A DNA stretch of 64,000 nucleotides from Morganella psychrotolerans (GCF_001676055.1 NZ_LZEX01000006.1:1-64000), one strand, 5' to 3'. Numbered from the stretch's first letter, positions 17,658 through 29,364 are shown. Notes: generated from the sequence alone by a model not told the origin. Program-made: numbers and translations.

Positions 17658-17824
17658 TTTTATAAATTTCAAAAATATTTTTATAACATATTGATATTTA
17701 ACATATATTTATTTTTGTGATTTTATCCGTGCCATTGGGATATAAAATGACTTATGCTTATTACTATCCTGTAATATCGTGTTTTATCCTGAAAAATAAA
17801 TTCCGGTGATTGTGAAAATCAATA

Positions 17825-19403
17825 ATGAAAAAGAAAGTTGTGATAGGGGTTCTGGGTACGGTCTTAGACCGGCGGGGAAAAAGAGCTAACCGCTGGAATA
17901 AGTGGCGGCCGAGTGTCGGATTGTGCCAGCAGCCGGATCTGAATATTGATCGCTTTGAACTTATTTATCAGGCCGATAATTTACAGACAGCGGAACGGGT
18001 AAAAGAGGATATCGGGCAGGTATCATCACAAACAGAAGTGATGCTGCATAAGGTCAATATTGCCGACCCGTGGGACTTTGAACAGGTTTATACCGCGCTC
18101 CGGGATTTCGCCGCACACTATCCGTTCGATACAGAAAATGAAGAGTATCTGGTGCATATCACCACCGGGACGCATGTGGTTCAGATTTGCTGGTTCCTGC
18201 TGACTGAAGCCAGTTATCTGCCCGCCCGGCTTATTCAGACCGCCCCCCGCCATGAATCGGGAGATACCGGCCCCGGGGGTGTGTATACCATTATTGACCT
18301 CGACCTCCGTCGCTATACACAGATAACAGGGCGCTTTCAGAAAGAGCAACAAGCTCAGGTCGCTTTCCTGAAGTCCGGTATCGCCACCCGTAATGCCGCG
18401 TTCAACAAGACAATCGATAAAATTGAACGCGTTGCCCTGCGCTCTGCCGCACCGGTTCTGCTGACCGGACCGACAGGTGCCGGGAAATCATTTCTCGCAA
18501 AACGGATATATGAGCTGCGCCGTAACCGTCATCAGGTAAAAGGTCGCTTTGTGGAAGTCAATTGTGCCACACTGCGCGGCGACAACGCGATGTCCGCACT
18601 GTTCGGTCATGTAAAAGGGGCATTTACCGGGGCTATTCAGGCGCGCGGTGGATTACTGAAAGAGGCTGACGGCGGGATACTGTTTCTCGATGAAATAGCT
18701 GAACTGGGAGCCGATGAGCAGGCCATGCTGCTCAAAGCCATTGAAGAAAAACGTTTTTTTCCCTTACGGATCTGACTATGAGACAGAAAGTGATTTTGCC
18801 CTGATAGCAGGAACTCACCGTAATCTGGCACAAAGGGTCAGTGAAGGGCATTTCCGGGAAGATTTATACGCCCGTATCAATATGTGGACATTTACCCTGC
18901 CCGGATTGGCACATCGGCGGGAAGATATCGAGCCGAATGTCGATTATGAGCTGGCAAAATACAGCCGTGATCAGCAAACAAGCGTCCGCTTTGATAGCGA
19001 TGCCCGGCAAATTTATCTGGCTTTTTCCTGTTCACCGCAGGCTCTGTGGCGCGGTAATTTTCGTGAACTGGGAGCATCTGTCACCCGCATGGCGACCTTT
19101 GCAGAAAGCGGACGAATTACAACGGCGCTGGTGCAGGAAGAGATTGAGAGACTGGAAAGTCAGTGGGAAGGTCTTCAGGAAAACAGCAATCTGCCCGCCG
19201 GGATAGGCGACATTGATCTGTTCGACCGCCGGCAGCTGGAAACCGTGATTGCGGTCTGCCGCCGCTCCCGGACATTGTCAGATGCCGGACGCGCTCTGTT
19301 TGCTGTCTCCCGTCAGCAGAAGAAGCAACCTAATGATGCTGACCGGCTGCGTAAATACCTCGCCCGGTTTAATCTCGACTGGGAACAGATAACAAATAAC
19401 TGA
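17825..19403 (+). pseudogene. rtcR: RtcR sigma54-dependent transcriptional activator (CARF + AAA+ + HTH), split into 316-aa and 229-aa ORFs by a +1 shift in a T7 run (18754-18760)
   Basis: Both halves align with E. coli RtcR (GAFTGA-like VKGAFTGA, ...EEKRFFP | YGSD...DADRLRKYLARF). The true sequence appears to be T6. Confidence 0.85.
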
Positions 19404-19471
19404 AACAACAACGCCGGTCAGTAAATCCTGACCGGCGTTGTTTTATTGCTGTTGCGCAATGACAGATCCCG

Positions 19472-20554
19472 TTACTTACGTTTAATCAGTAAATACAGGC
19501 TGATCGCCAGGAACAGCAGGCTCGGCAGCAATGCACCGAGGAACGGCGGGAATTTATAGGTCAGGCTCAGGGAGCCGAAAATCTCGTTGGAGACATAGAA
19601 CACAAACCCGCAGGCGATCCCCGTGACAATCCGCACCCCCATCGGCACCGAACGCAGCGGCCCGAAGATAAATGACAGTGCCATCAGCATCATCACCGCC
19701 ACAGAGAGCGGCGCGAAGACTTTTTTCCACAGACTAAGCTGATAACGCCCGGCATCCTGCCCGCTCTGCTGCAAATAACTCACATACTGATATAACCCGC
19801 TGATTGACAGTGCTTCCGGGTCCAGCGCCGCCACATTGAGTTTTTCCGGGGTCAGTTTTGTCTGCCAGACCATGGATAACCGCTGCTCACCGGTAATGAC
19901 ATACGTGTCTTTCAGTACTGATTCCCGGATTTGGTTCAGTGTCCAGGTATTGGTGGCACTGTCATAGCCTGCGCTCGCGGCATTCATAACAGAGCTGAGT
20001 TTGTGTTCATCATTCATCCGGTACAGTGTGATGCCATTAAGCTGGTTTTCACTGTCCACACGCTGAATATAGATAAAATCATTACCGTCTTTTGCCCACA
20101 TTCCTTTTTTGGTTGCCAGCAATGACGCGCCGCTTGTCTTCTGAGCACGGTAGTTTCGCGCCCATTGCTCACCGGACGGAGCCAGCCATTCTCCGACCAC
20201 CATCGTGAGGATCACGAGCGGAATAGCCGTTTTCATCACTGAGCTGGCTACCTGTAAACGGCTGTAGCCGGATGCCTGCATTACGACCAGCTCACTGCGT
20301 GATGCCAGTGCGCCCAGCCCCATCAGCGCGCCCAGCAGCGCCGCCATCGGGAAGAAAATCTGAATATCCTTCGGGATACTCATAATGGTATAAAGCCCGG
20401 CATCCAGGGTAGAATACTCTCCCTGTCCGACTTTACGCAGCTGATCGACAAACTTGATTATCCCGGACAACGACACCAGCATGAACAGCGTCATCATAAT
20501 AGATTGCAGGATAGTCCGCCCGATGTAGCGGTCAAGCACAAGCACTTTAAACAT
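19472..20554 (-). CDS. lptG: LPS export ABC permease LptG
   Basis: The 360-aa protein is near-identical to E. coli LptG. Confidence 0.95.
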   Translation of the reverse strand: MFKVLVLDRYIGRTILQSIMMTLFMLVSLSGIIKFVDQLRKVGQGEYSTLDAGLYTIMSIPKDIQIFFPMAALLGALMGLGALASRSELVVMQASGYSRLQVASSVMKTAIPLVILTMVVGEWLAPSGEQWARNYRAQKTSGASLLATKKGMWAKDGNDFIYIQRVDSENQLNGITLYRMNDEHKLSSVMNAASAGYDSATNTWTLNQIRESVLKDTYVITGEQRLSMVWQTKLTPEKLNVAALDPEALSISGLYQYVSYLQQSGQDAGRYQLSLWKKVFAPLSVAVMMLMALSFIFGPLRSVPMGVRIVTGIACGFVFYVSNEIFGSLSLTYKFPPFLGALLPSLLFLAISLYLLIKRK

Positions 20555-21657
20555 CAGGCAACTCCCTGAGAACGTGTGAAGCTAAAACGCAGACGGCGTA
20601 CCGGTGTGGTGTTCCACAGGTTCAGTGCCACCGCCAGTGCCAGATAGCTGATATTCACCATCCACGGCCAGAGAGCCGGGTCCAGCTTGCCTTTCTCACC
20701 GCTTGAGCGCAGCGAACTCTGTAATAAAAAGAAAATAAGATACAGTAACATTGCGGGCAACATACTCAGTACCCGTCCCTGACGCGGGTTCACCTCAGAC
20801 AGAGGAACCACCATCAGAGCCATCACAACGACAGATACGATAAGTGTCAGACGCCAGTGAAATTCTGCGCGGGCGGCATTATCATTTTCCGACCACAGTT
20901 CAAATAAGGTCATCTGCTGATAGTTACTGTCACCCACTTTTGCACTGCGGTGGTCAACAATCGCCTGATAATCAGAAAAATCGGTGATACGGAAATCCCG
21001 CAGGAATGCCGTACCTTCATAGCGGGTGCCTTTATCGAGTGTAACCACCTGATTACCGTTGGCTTTCTCAGTCATGTGTCCGCTTTCGGCAATCACAATT
21101 GACGGGCGTTGCTCATCTTTTGCCCAGAGTTGGGCAATAAAGACATCTTTGAATTCGCTGCCGTTCACATCCCCCAGATAGAGCACCATACTGCCGTCAT
21201 TGGAGGTTTTAAATTGTCCGCCTACCATCGCGGTCACGCCGGGGTTAGCTTTTACTTCAGCCAGAACCTGTTCCTGATACTGAGATGACCACGGAATAAG
21301 CCAGACAACATTGACTGCCGCCACAACTGCGGTAAAGAATGCCAGGATCATCGCAGCTTTTATCAGCACGTTATTACCCAGTCCGCAGGCATGCATCACG
21401 GTAATTTCACTTTCGGTATACAGCTTGCTGTAGGTCATCAGCAGCCCGAGGAAAAGACTCAGCGGCAAAATAAGCTGCGCCATCTCCGGGATACCTAATC
21501 CCAGTAATGACAGCACGAGTCCGGGCGGAATGCTTCCTTCAACAGCAGCACCCAATACTTCAACCAGTTTCTGACAAAAGAAGATCAACAACAGGATAAA
21601 CAGAATCGCAATCTGTGCCTTGAGTGTTTCTCTCACTAGATATCTAATAATGATCAC
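20554..21657 (-). CDS. lptF: LPS export ABC permease LptF
   Basis: The 367-aa protein (MIIIRYLVRETLK...) is near-identical to E. coli LptF. Confidence 0.95.
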   Translation of the reverse strand: MIIIRYLVRETLKAQIAILFILLLIFFCQKLVEVLGAAVEGSIPPGLVLSLLGLGIPEMAQLILPLSLFLGLLMTYSKLYTESEITVMHACGLGNNVLIKAAMILAFFTAVVAAVNVVWLIPWSSQYQEQVLAEVKANPGVTAMVGGQFKTSNDGSMVLYLGDVNGSEFKDVFIAQLWAKDEQRPSIVIAESGHMTEKANGNQVVTLDKGTRYEGTAFLRDFRITDFSDYQAIVDHRSAKVGDSNYQQMTLFELWSENDNAARAEFHWRLTLIVSVVVMALMVVPLSEVNPRQGRVLSMLPAMLLYLIFFLLQSSLRSSGEKGKLDPALWPWMVNISYLALAVALNLWNTTPVRRLRFSFTRSQGVA

Positions 21658-21941
21658 GCTTAATACGCCTGTGAAAACTTGTGTTTTTGCATGAAAATAG
21701 CTAACTTCGTTCTGTGTTGACTATTTTTGTGCATTATTTGCCGGCCTGAGGGTAATTCTGGTATCAAACCACTCTTTTTTTCCTTCCGGTCAGGAAAGAA
21801 AGGGAATATTAGTGCTGTTCAGGACTCATAAAGTGCGCACGTAGCTTATCATAAACTGTTTATAATCGATGGTGCAGATTAGTGCGAACGCTACATTTTA
21901 GCGACAGCAGATGTCTTTGTCTTTAAGATTCAGGAGAGCGC

Positions 21942-23453
21942 ATGGAGTTTAGTGTAAAAAGCGGCAGTCCGGAAAAGCAACGCAGTGCTTGTATTGTGGT
22001 CGGCATTTTCGAACCGCGTCGTCTGTCCCCGGTTGTGGAACAGCTCGATAAAATCAGCGACGGCTACATCAGTGCTCTGCTGCGCCGCGGCGAGCTGGAG
22101 GGCAAGGTCGGGCAGTCTCTGCTTCTGCACCATGTCCCGAATGTCCTGTCCGAGCGCATCCTGTTAATCGGCTGCGGAAAAGAACGCGAGCTGGATGAGC
22201 GCCAGTACAAACAGATTATTCAGAAAACCATCAGCACCCTGAACGAAACCGGGTCGATGGAAGCGGTCTGTTTTTTGACTGAGTTGCATGTCAAAGGACG
22301 CAACAATTACTGGAAAGTAAGACAAGCTGTTGAAACAGCAAAAGAATCTCTCTATGTCTTTGATCAGCTGAAAAGCAATAAAACCGAATTACGCCGCCCG
22401 CTGCGTAAACTGGTCTTCAATGTCCCTACCCGCCGCGAACTGCCTGCCGGTGAGAAAGCGATCAGCCATGGTCTGGCCATTTCTGCCGGTATCAAAGCGG
22501 CAAAAGATCTGGCGAATATGCCGCCGAACATCTGTAACGCGGCTTACCTCGCGTCGCAGGCGCGCCAGCTGGCAGACAATCACTCATCTGTCCTCAGCAC
22601 CCGGGTTATCGGTGAAGAGCAGATGAAAGAGCTGGGAATGCTGGCGTATCTGGCGGTCGGCCAGGGGTCACGCAATGAATCACTGATGTCGGTGATTGAG
22701 TATAAAGGTAATCCGGATCCGGAAGCACGACCGATTGTATTAGTCGGAAAAGGGCTGACGTTCGACTCCGGCGGTATTTCTATCAAACCAGCCGATGGCA
22801 TGGATGAGATGAAATATGACATGTGCGGCGCGGCAACTGTCTACGGCGTAATGCGGATGGTGGCTGAACTGAGTCTGCCGCTCAATGTGGTCGGGATCCT
22901 GGCGGGATGTGAAAACATGCCGGGCAGCAATGCCTATCGTCCGGGGGATATCCTCACCACCATGTCAGGTCAGACTGTCGAAGTGCTTAATACGGATGCA
23001 GAAGGCCGCCTGGTGCTGTGTGATGCGCTGACTTACGTGGAGCGTTTCGAGCCGGAAACCGTGATTGATATCGCGACCCTGACCGGTGCCTGTATGGTCG
23101 CACTGGGTAACCATTTCAGTGGTCTGATGGCAAATCACAATCCGCTGGCGCACGAGTTGCTGAATGCGTCTGAACAAGCCGGTGACCGCGCATGGCGGCT
23201 GCCGCTGGCAGATGAGTTCTACGAGCAAATCGAGTCGAACTTTGCGGATCTTGCCAATACCGGCGGGCGTCTGGGTGGCGCGATTACCGCAGGTTGCTTC
23301 CTGTCACGCTTTACAACGCGCTATAATTGGGCGCACCTGGATATTGCCGGTACGGCATGGCGTTCAGGAAAAAATAAAGGCGCAACAGGTCGTCCGGTTG
23401 CACTGCTGGCACAATTCCTGTTAAATCGTGCGGGTATCAGCACCGACGACTGA
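21942..23453 (+). CDS. pepA: leucyl aminopeptidase / PepA (also a carAB and Xer cofactor)
   Basis: The 503-aa protein is near-identical to E. coli PepA. Confidence 0.95.
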   Translation: MEFSVKSGSPEKQRSACIVVGIFEPRRLSPVVEQLDKISDGYISALLRRGELEGKVGQSLLLHHVPNVLSERILLIGCGKERELDERQYKQIIQKTISTLNETGSMEAVCFLTELHVKGRNNYWKVRQAVETAKESLYVFDQLKSNKTELRRPLRKLVFNVPTRRELPAGEKAISHGLAISAGIKAAKDLANMPPNICNAAYLASQARQLADNHSSVLSTRVIGEEQMKELGMLAYLAVGQGSRNESLMSVIEYKGNPDPEARPIVLVGKGLTFDSGGISIKPADGMDEMKYDMCGAATVYGVMRMVAELSLPLNVVGILAGCENMPGSNAYRPGDILTTMSGQTVEVLNTDAEGRLVLCDALTYVERFEPETVIDIATLTGACMVALGNHFSGLMANHNPLAHELLNASEQAGDRAWRLPLADEFYEQIESNFADLANTGGRLGGAITAGCFLSRFTTRYNWAHLDIAGTAWRSGKNKGATGRPVALLAQFLLNRAGISTDD

Positions 23454-23541
23454 CCGGTATTGCAGGACAAATCCGGATAAATAAAGGTAACGGGGATTGT
23501 GATAGTATTGTGCAATCCCCTTTTCTGCTATCAGAGATATT

Positions 23542-23991
23542 ATGAAAAACGCCACCTTCTATCAGATGGAACAGCCATCCCCCTTTGATGACCTTGAAGC
23601 CCATGAGTGGCTGACGTGTCAGTTGGCGGGAGAGGCATGGCGCAACGGGAAACGGGTGCTTATCGCCTGTGAATCGCAACAACAGGCTGAAAAACTCGAC
23701 GAAGCCCTCTGGGCGCGCGAGCCGGATGCATTTGTTCCCCATAATTTAGCAGGTGAAGGGCCGCGTTATGGTGCGCCTGTTGAACTGTGCTGGCCGCAGA
23801 AGCGCGGAAATTCGCCGCGTGATTTACTGATTACATTACTGCCGCAGTTCACAGATTTTGCGACAACCTTCCGGGAAGTGATAGACTTTGTGCCTATCGA
23901 CGAACAATTGAAACAGTTGGCGCGCGAGCGATATAAAATCTATCGCAGCGTCGGCTTTACCCTAACAATGGCCACGCCGCCAACCTACTGA
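23542..23991 (+). CDS. holC: DNA polymerase III chi subunit
   Basis: The 149-aa protein (MKNATFY...) matches HolC. Confidence 0.9.
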   Translation: MKNATFYQMEQPSPFDDLEAHEWLTCQLAGEAWRNGKRVLIACESQQQAEKLDEALWAREPDAFVPHNLAGEGPRYGAPVELCWPQKRGNSPRDLLITLLPQFTDFATTFREVIDFVPIDEQLKQLARERYKIYRSVGFTLTMATPPTY

Positions 23992-24007
23992 TAAACAAAG
24001 ATTAAAA

Positions 24008-26905
24008 ATGGAAAAAACAACAGACAACCAACAGACCAACGAACCGTCTCTGGATAAAACCTATAATCCGACGGAAATCGAAGGGCCACTTTACGCGCAC
24101 TGGGAAAAGAGCGGCTATTTCAAACCGAATGGTGATACAGACAAAGAAAGCTTCTGTATTGTTATTCCGCCGCCGAATGTCACCGGTAATCTGCACATGG
24201 GTCACGCGTTCCAGCAAACTATTATGGACACCATGATCCGCTACCAGCGCATGCAGGGTAAAAATACCCTCTGGCAGTCCGGGACTGACCACGCGGGTAT
24301 CGCGACACAAATGGTTGTTGAGCGCAAGATCGCCGCAGAAGAGGGCAAAACCCGCCACGATTACGGCCGTGAAGGCTTTATTGATAAAATCTGGGAATGG
24401 AAAGCGGAATCCGGCGGTAATATCTCAAACCAGATGCGCCGTCTGGGTAACTCTGTGGACTGGGAACGCGAGCGTTTCACCATGGATGAAGGTCTGTCCC
24501 GTGCGGTAAAAGAAGCGTTTGTCCGCCTGTATAAAGATAATCTGATCTATCGCGGTAAGCGCCTGGTCAACTGGGATCCGAAACTGCACACCGCGATTTC
24601 TGATCTCGAAGTGGAAAACCGCGACGTCAAAGGCTCCATGTGGCATATCCGCTATCCGCTGGCTGATGGTGCAAAAACCGCTGATGGTAAAGATTACCTG
24701 GTTGTCGCCACCACCCGTCCGGAAACCATGCTCGGTGATACCGGTGTGGCTGTGAACCCGGAAGATCCGCGTTATAAAGATCTGATCGGCAAAGAAATCA
24801 TTCTGCCGATCGTCAACCGCCGCATTCCGATCCTCGGCGACGAACACGCAGATATGGAAAAAGGCACCGGTTGTGTGAAAATCACCCCGGCGCATGACTT
24901 TAACGACTATGAAGTCGGTAAACGCCACCAGCTCACCATGATCAACATTATGGATTTCGACGGTAATATCCGTACTGAAGCCGAAGTGTTTGATACCAAT
25001 GGTGAAGTATCAACCGCATGCAGCAGCGATATTCCGCAGGCTTACCGTGGCATGGAACGTTTTGCTGCCCGTAAAGCTATCGTAAAAGAATTTGAATCAC
25101 TCGGCCTGCTCGAAGAGATCAAACCGCACGACCTGACTGTCCCTTACGGCGACCGTGGCGGCGTGGTTATCGAGCCGATGCTGACTGACCAGTGGTATGT
25201 GCGCACTGCCCCGCTGGCAAAAGAAGCGATTAAAGCAGTTGAAGACGGCGATATTCAGTTTGTGCCTAAGCAGTACGAAAACATGTACTTCTCCTGGATG
25301 CGCGATATTCAGGACTGGTGTATCTCCCGTCAGTTGTGGTGGGGTCACCGTATCCCTGCCTGGTATGATAACCAGGGCAATGTGTATGTCGGGCGTGATG
25401 AAGATGAAGTCCGCCGCGAAAATAATATCCCGGCGATGGTTGAACTGCGCCAGGATGAAGATGTGCTGGATACCTGGTTCTCCTCCGGTCTGTGGACATT
25501 CTCCACACTGGGCTGGCCGGATAACACGCCGGAACTGAAAACATTCCATCCGACCAATGTGCTGGTCAGTGGCTTTGACATCATTTTCTTCTGGATTGCC
25601 CGCATGATCATGATGACCATGCACTTCATCAAAGATGAAAACGGCAAACCGCAAATTCCGTTCAATACCATCTACATGACGGGTCTGATCCGTGATGATG
25701 AAGGTCAGAAAATGTCGAAATCGAAAGGAAACGTACTTGATCCTCTCGATATGATCGACGGTATTTCACTGCCGGAACTGCTGGAAAAACGTACCGGTAA
25801 CATGATGCAGCCGCAGATGGCAGAGAAAATCGCCAAACGCACAGAAAAACAGTTCCCGGACGGAATTGAAGCTCACGGTACAGATGCCCTGCGCTTCACC
25901 CTGGCGGCACTGGCATCAACCGGGCGTGATATCAACTGGGACATGAAACGTCTGTCCGGCTACCGTAACTTCTGTAACAAGCTGTGGAACGCCAGCCGTT
26001 TCGTGCTGATGAATACAGAAGAACAGGATTGTGGTCAGAACGGCGGTGAGATGGAATTCTCCCTGGCCGACCGCTGGATCCTCGCGGAATATAACAATAC
26101 CGTGAAAGCCTACCGCGAAGCACTGGATACTTTCCGTTTCGACCTGGCATCCAACATTCTGTATGAATTCACCTGGAACCAGTTCTGTGACTGGTATCTG
26201 GAACTGTCCAAACCGGCTGTTCACAAAGGAACGGACGCACAGAAACGTGCAGCGCGCCATACACTGATCACGGTTCTGGAATCACTGCTGCGCCTGGCGC
26301 ACCCGATTATTCCGTTTATCACTGAAACTATCTGGCAGCGTGTGAAAGTCGTGAAAGGCATTGCAGGCGATACCATCATGCTGCAACCGTTCCCTGAATT
26401 CGATGCGGCTCAGGTTGATGAAGCTGCTCTGCGTGACCTGGAATGGATCAAAGACACTATCATTGCTGTCCGTAATATTCGTGCAGAAATGAATATTGCC
26501 CCGGGCAAGCCGCTGGAAGTAATGCTGCGTGGTGCAAGTGCTGATGCACAGCGCCGTGTGGCCGAAAACAGTAACTTCCTTAAAGCAATGGCGCGTCTGG
26601 ATTCCATCCGTATTACTGAAGACGGTGAAACGGTTCCGGTTTGTGTGACCAAGCTGGTGGAAGGTGCTGAAATCCTGATCCCGATGGCTGATCTTATCAA
26701 TAAAGAGGACGAATTAGCGCGTCTGGATAAAGAGCAGGAAAAAACGGAGAAGGAAATCGCGGCTATCGAAGGCAAACTGGCGAACGAAGGCTTTGTCAGC
26801 CGTGCGCCGGAAGCGGTGGTTGCCAAGGAGCGCGAGCGCCTGGCAGCAAACTATGAAGCCAAAGAAAAACTGATTGCTCAGAAAGCCACAATTGCCGCAC
26901 TGTGA
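24008..26905 (+). CDS. valS: valyl-tRNA synthetase
   Basis: The 965-aa protein has HMGH and KMSKS motifs and is full-length ValS, with ~14 extra N-terminal residues relative to E. coli. Confidence 0.95.
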   Translation: MEKTTDNQQTNEPSLDKTYNPTEIEGPLYAHWEKSGYFKPNGDTDKESFCIVIPPPNVTGNLHMGHAFQQTIMDTMIRYQRMQGKNTLWQSGTDHAGIATQMVVERKIAAEEGKTRHDYGREGFIDKIWEWKAESGGNISNQMRRLGNSVDWERERFTMDEGLSRAVKEAFVRLYKDNLIYRGKRLVNWDPKLHTAISDLEVENRDVKGSMWHIRYPLADGAKTADGKDYLVVATTRPETMLGDTGVAVNPEDPRYKDLIGKEIILPIVNRRIPILGDEHADMEKGTGCVKITPAHDFNDYEVGKRHQLTMINIMDFDGNIRTEAEVFDTNGEVSTACSSDIPQAYRGMERFAARKAIVKEFESLGLLEEIKPHDLTVPYGDRGGVVIEPMLTDQWYVRTAPLAKEAIKAVEDGDIQFVPKQYENMYFSWMRDIQDWCISRQLWWGHRIPAWYDNQGNVYVGRDEDEVRRENNIPAMVELRQDEDVLDTWFSSGLWTFSTLGWPDNTPELKTFHPTNVLVSGFDIIFFWIARMIMMTMHFIKDENGKPQIPFNTIYMTGLIRDDEGQKMSKSKGNVLDPLDMIDGISLPELLEKRTGNMMQPQMAEKIAKRTEKQFPDGIEAHGTDALRFTLAALASTGRDINWDMKRLSGYRNFCNKLWNASRFVLMNTEEQDCGQNGGEMEFSLADRWILAEYNNTVKAYREALDTFRFDLASNILYEFTWNQFCDWYLELSKPAVHKGTDAQKRAARHTLITVLESLLRLAHPIIPFITETIWQRVKVVKGIAGDTIMLQPFPEFDAAQVDEAALRDLEWIKDTIIAVRNIRAEMNIAPGKPLEVMLRGASADAQRRVAENSNFLKAMARLDSIRITEDGETVPVCVTKLVEGAEILIPMADLINKEDELARLDKEQEKTEKEIAAIEGKLANEGFVSRAPEAVVAKERERLAANYEAKEKLIAQKATIAAL

Positions 26906-26923
26906 TCCTGTCTGAATGACCTG

Positions 26924-26951
26924 AAAACCAGCCTCCGGGCTGGTTTTTTTT
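26924..26951 (+). terminator. valS rho-independent terminator (AACCAGCC-TCCG-GGCTGGTT + T9)
   Basis: Hairpin plus T-run. Confidence 0.6.
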
Positions 26952-27042
26952 ATCCCGTATTTCGCCTGTTTACTTTGCGTGATAATTATTTATTATCATA
27001 TTTATCGTTTCATACGATATCCACAGTAATCGCCCCTCAGGT

Positions 27043-27636
27043 TTGTCCCCCGGCTTTACTTTTCACAATAAAAATAATGAGATAATGATATCCATGACAA
27101 GCAGCACAACAGAAAACTACACTCTCCGTTTGATCCGCCCGGAAGATAACCCCGGTATCGCACAAGTGATCCGCGCAGTTTCCGCAGAGCACGGACTGAC
27201 AGCCGACAAAGGCTTTGCTGTCGCAGACCCGATTTTAGATACCCTGTACGAGGTATACCACCGGCCGCGTGCCGCTTACTGGGTCATTGACGTAAACGGT
27301 GAAATTCTCGGCGGCGGCGGTGTTTCCGCGCTCACCGGGGGTGACGGAAAAACAGCTGAGTTACAAAAGATGTATATTTCTGCCCGCCTGCGCGGAAAAG
27401 GGCTGGCGAAAAAAATTGTCTTACAGGCGCTGGAATTTGCCAAAGCAGAAGGTTACAGCCAGTGTTATCTGGAAACGACCGGCGACCTTCAGGCGGCCAT
27501 TAAATTGTATGAAAAACTCGGATTTAACTTTCTCGATGCCCCGCTGGGTAATACCGGCCACGGCGACTGTGAAGTCCGCATGCTGAAAGTGCTTACAGAT
27601 TGTAAGCCAGACCGGGTCAGTACCTCTGCCCGATAA
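27043..27636 (+). CDS. GNAT family N-acetyltransferase (YjgM-like). The start codon is uncertain (27043, 27085 or 27094).
   Basis: It has the acetyl-CoA-binding motif ARLRGKGLAKK and similarity to E. coli YjgM. Confidence 0.8.
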   Translation: MSPGFTFHNKNNEIMISMTSSTTENYTLRLIRPEDNPGIAQVIRAVSAEHGLTADKGFAVADPILDTLYEVYHRPRAAYWVIDVNGEILGGGGVSALTGGDGKTAELQKMYISARLRGKGLAKKIVLQALEFAKAEGYSQCYLETTGDLQAAIKLYEKLGFNFLDAPLGNTGHGDCEVRMLKVLTDCKPDRVSTSAR

Positions 27637-27716
27637 ACGCGGGATAACAGCACAAATTCACGTCGTGAACGAAACCAGCCACCACCGGCGCTTTCTGCTG
27701 TTCCTGATGAACAGAT

Positions 27717-27745
27717 ACAAAAAAACCTGCCACGGCAGGTTTTTC
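27717..27745. terminator. bidirectional terminator between the GNAT gene and rraB (AACCTGCC-ACG-GCAGGTT flanked by A/T runs)
   Basis: Hairpin with a T-run on both strands. Confidence 0.5.
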
Positions 27746-27759
27746 AGGGGAACGGATAA

Positions 27760-28209
27760 TCAATGCAATGGTGTTTCGCCATGACGTTCGTCATCGCCTT
27801 CATCATCACCTTCGTCATATTCTTCACCGTCTTCGTCTTCACCATCAGGATCTTCGAAATACGTGCCCCAGCCGTCGTAATCCACGTCCATCTTTTCAGC
27901 CAGACGGGCGAGCTGCTCAACCTGAGCATCAATATGTTCTGCTTTCAGGCCGCACTCACTGATAATGTCGCAGCATAATACAACCTGACCGCCTTCCACT
28001 TCCAGCTCTTCAGCATCAGTCACTTCATAGCCCAGTTTAAAGGCTTCAACTGCCGCTTTTTCTAATTTGTCGTAATCTTCGCTCGAAAAATGGTGCTCAA
28101 CAGTATACTGCGCATCAGGATCGCTGCCGTCCTCTAATAACTCAGTAATAATTGCACGGGTTTCTTCGCGCTGTTCTTCTAAAAACGCATCTAATTCTGA
28201 CATGGCCAT
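27760..28209 (-). CDS. rraB: RNase E inhibitor RraB
   Basis: It carries [20 protein letters not shown] and an acidic C-terminus, matching E. coli RraB. Confidence 0.9.
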   Translation of the reverse strand: MAMSELDAFLEEQREETRAIITELLEDGSDPDAQYTVEHHFSSEDYDKLEKAAVEAFKLGYEVTDAEELEVEGGQVVLCCDIISECGLKAEHIDAQVEQLARLAEKMDVDYDGWGTYFEDPDGEDEDGEEYDEGDDEGDDERHGETPLH

Positions 28210-28298
28210 GCCCTCTGATAAGTGATACCCGCGCATTTTCCCACAGCAGGCGTCATTGAGCCACCCATAAAAAAAAAAGAATTTCAGTCCGGTGTTGC

Positions 28299-28339
28299 AA
28301 TTGAATTTTTATTGATTTATGTTGAATATAAATTCATCG
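28299..28339 (+). promoter_or_regulatory. tandem ARG boxes (ArgR operator: TTGAATTTTTATTGA, 3-bp gap, TTGAATATAAATTCA) overlapping the argI promoter
   Basis: They match the TNTGAATWWWWATTCANW consensus at 21-bp spacing. Confidence 0.65.
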
Positions 28340-28350
28340 GAGGAATTACT

Positions 28351-29364
28351 ATGAACCCTTTTTATCAACAATCCTTTCTGCGGTTACTTGACTATAAACC
28401 CGCCGATATTGAAAAACTGCTCAATCTTTCTGCTTATCTGAAAAAGGCGAAAAAATCCGGTACTGAAAAGCCGCTGATGACAGGTAAAAATATTGCGCTG
28501 ATTTTCGAGAAGGACTCCACCCGCACCCGCTGTGCCTTTGAAGTGGGCGCTTACGATCAGGGTGCGCGGGTAACTTACCTCGGTTCATCCGGCAGTCAGA
28601 TGGGCCATAAAGAATCCATTAAAGACACTGCCCGCGTGCTGGGACGGATGTATGACGGTATTCAGTTTCGCGGATATTCACAGAAAGCGGTTGAAGAGCT
28701 GGCAAAATATTCCGGTGTTCCGGTCTGGAACGGACTGACAGATGAGTTTCATCCGACACAACTGCTCGCCGACCTGCTGACTATTCAGGAGCATGTGAAA
28801 AAACCGCTGTCCGAGGTGAAATTTGCATATTTAGGCGATTCCCGTAATAACATGGGAAATACCATTGCAGAGATGGCAGCACTGACCGGGATGGATGTCC
28901 GGCTTGTCGCACCACAAAGTTGCTGGCCGTCTGCATCACTGATTGAAGAGTGCCGTAAAGCCGCAGAACAAACCGGCGGTAAAATTACGCTGACGGAAGA
29001 TGTCGCCGAAGGCGTAAAAGATGCCGATGTACTGTATACCGATGTCTGGGTTTCAATGGGCGAGGCGAAAGAGGTCTGGGCGGAGCGCATCAAACTGCTG
29101 ACACCGTATCAGGTGAATCAGGATGTGATTACTAAAACACAGAATCCGGATGTGATTTTCCTGCATTGCCTGCCTGCATTCCATGATACCGACACCACCA
29201 TCGGACTGGCGCTTGCAAAAGAATATGGTTTTACCAATGGTATTGAAGTCACCAATGATGTGTTTGAGTCAAAACACAGTGTGGTATTTGATCAGGCCGA
29301 AAACCGGCTGCATTCGATTAAAGCTATTATGGTGGCATCTCTTTCAAAAGAAATAGAATTTTAA
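28351..29364 (+). CDS. argI: ornithine carbamoyltransferase
   Basis: The protein has the STRTR motif and is full-length similar to E. coli ArgI/ArgF. The ORF-track 5' extension is spurious. Confidence 0.95.
   Translation: MNPFYQQSFLRLLDYKPADIEKLLNLSAYLKKAKKSGTEKPLMTGKNIALIFEKDSTRTRCAFEVGAYDQGARVTYLGSSGSQMGHKESIKDTARVLGRMYDGIQFRGYSQKAVEELAKYSGVPVWNGLTDEFHPTQLLADLLTIQEHVKKPLSEVKFAYLGDSRNNMGNTIAEMAALTGMDVRLVAPQSCWPSASLIEECRKAAEQTGGKITLTEDVAEGVKDADVLYTDVWVSMGEAKEVWAERIKLLTPYQVNQDVITKTQNPDVIFLHCLPAFHDTDTTIGLALAKEYGFTNGIEVTNDVFESKHSVVFDQAENRLHSIKAIMVASLSKEIEF

Noticed and set aside
17451-17672. The 73-aa ORF on the minus strand in the rtc leader.
   Set aside because: It starts upstream of the sigma54 -12 element and spans the promoter. 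It has no RBS. The region is better explained as a 5' leader or ncRNA.
24425-26826. Many 60-185-aa ORFs antisense to, or out of frame within, valS (e.g. 24425-24928, 25097-25654, 26410-26826). Similar sets lie inside pnp, infB, nusA, deaD, rtcB, nrdD and lptFG.
   Set aside because: They lie entirely inside long, well-conserved genes on the other strand or frame and have no RBS or homology. They are six-frame noise.
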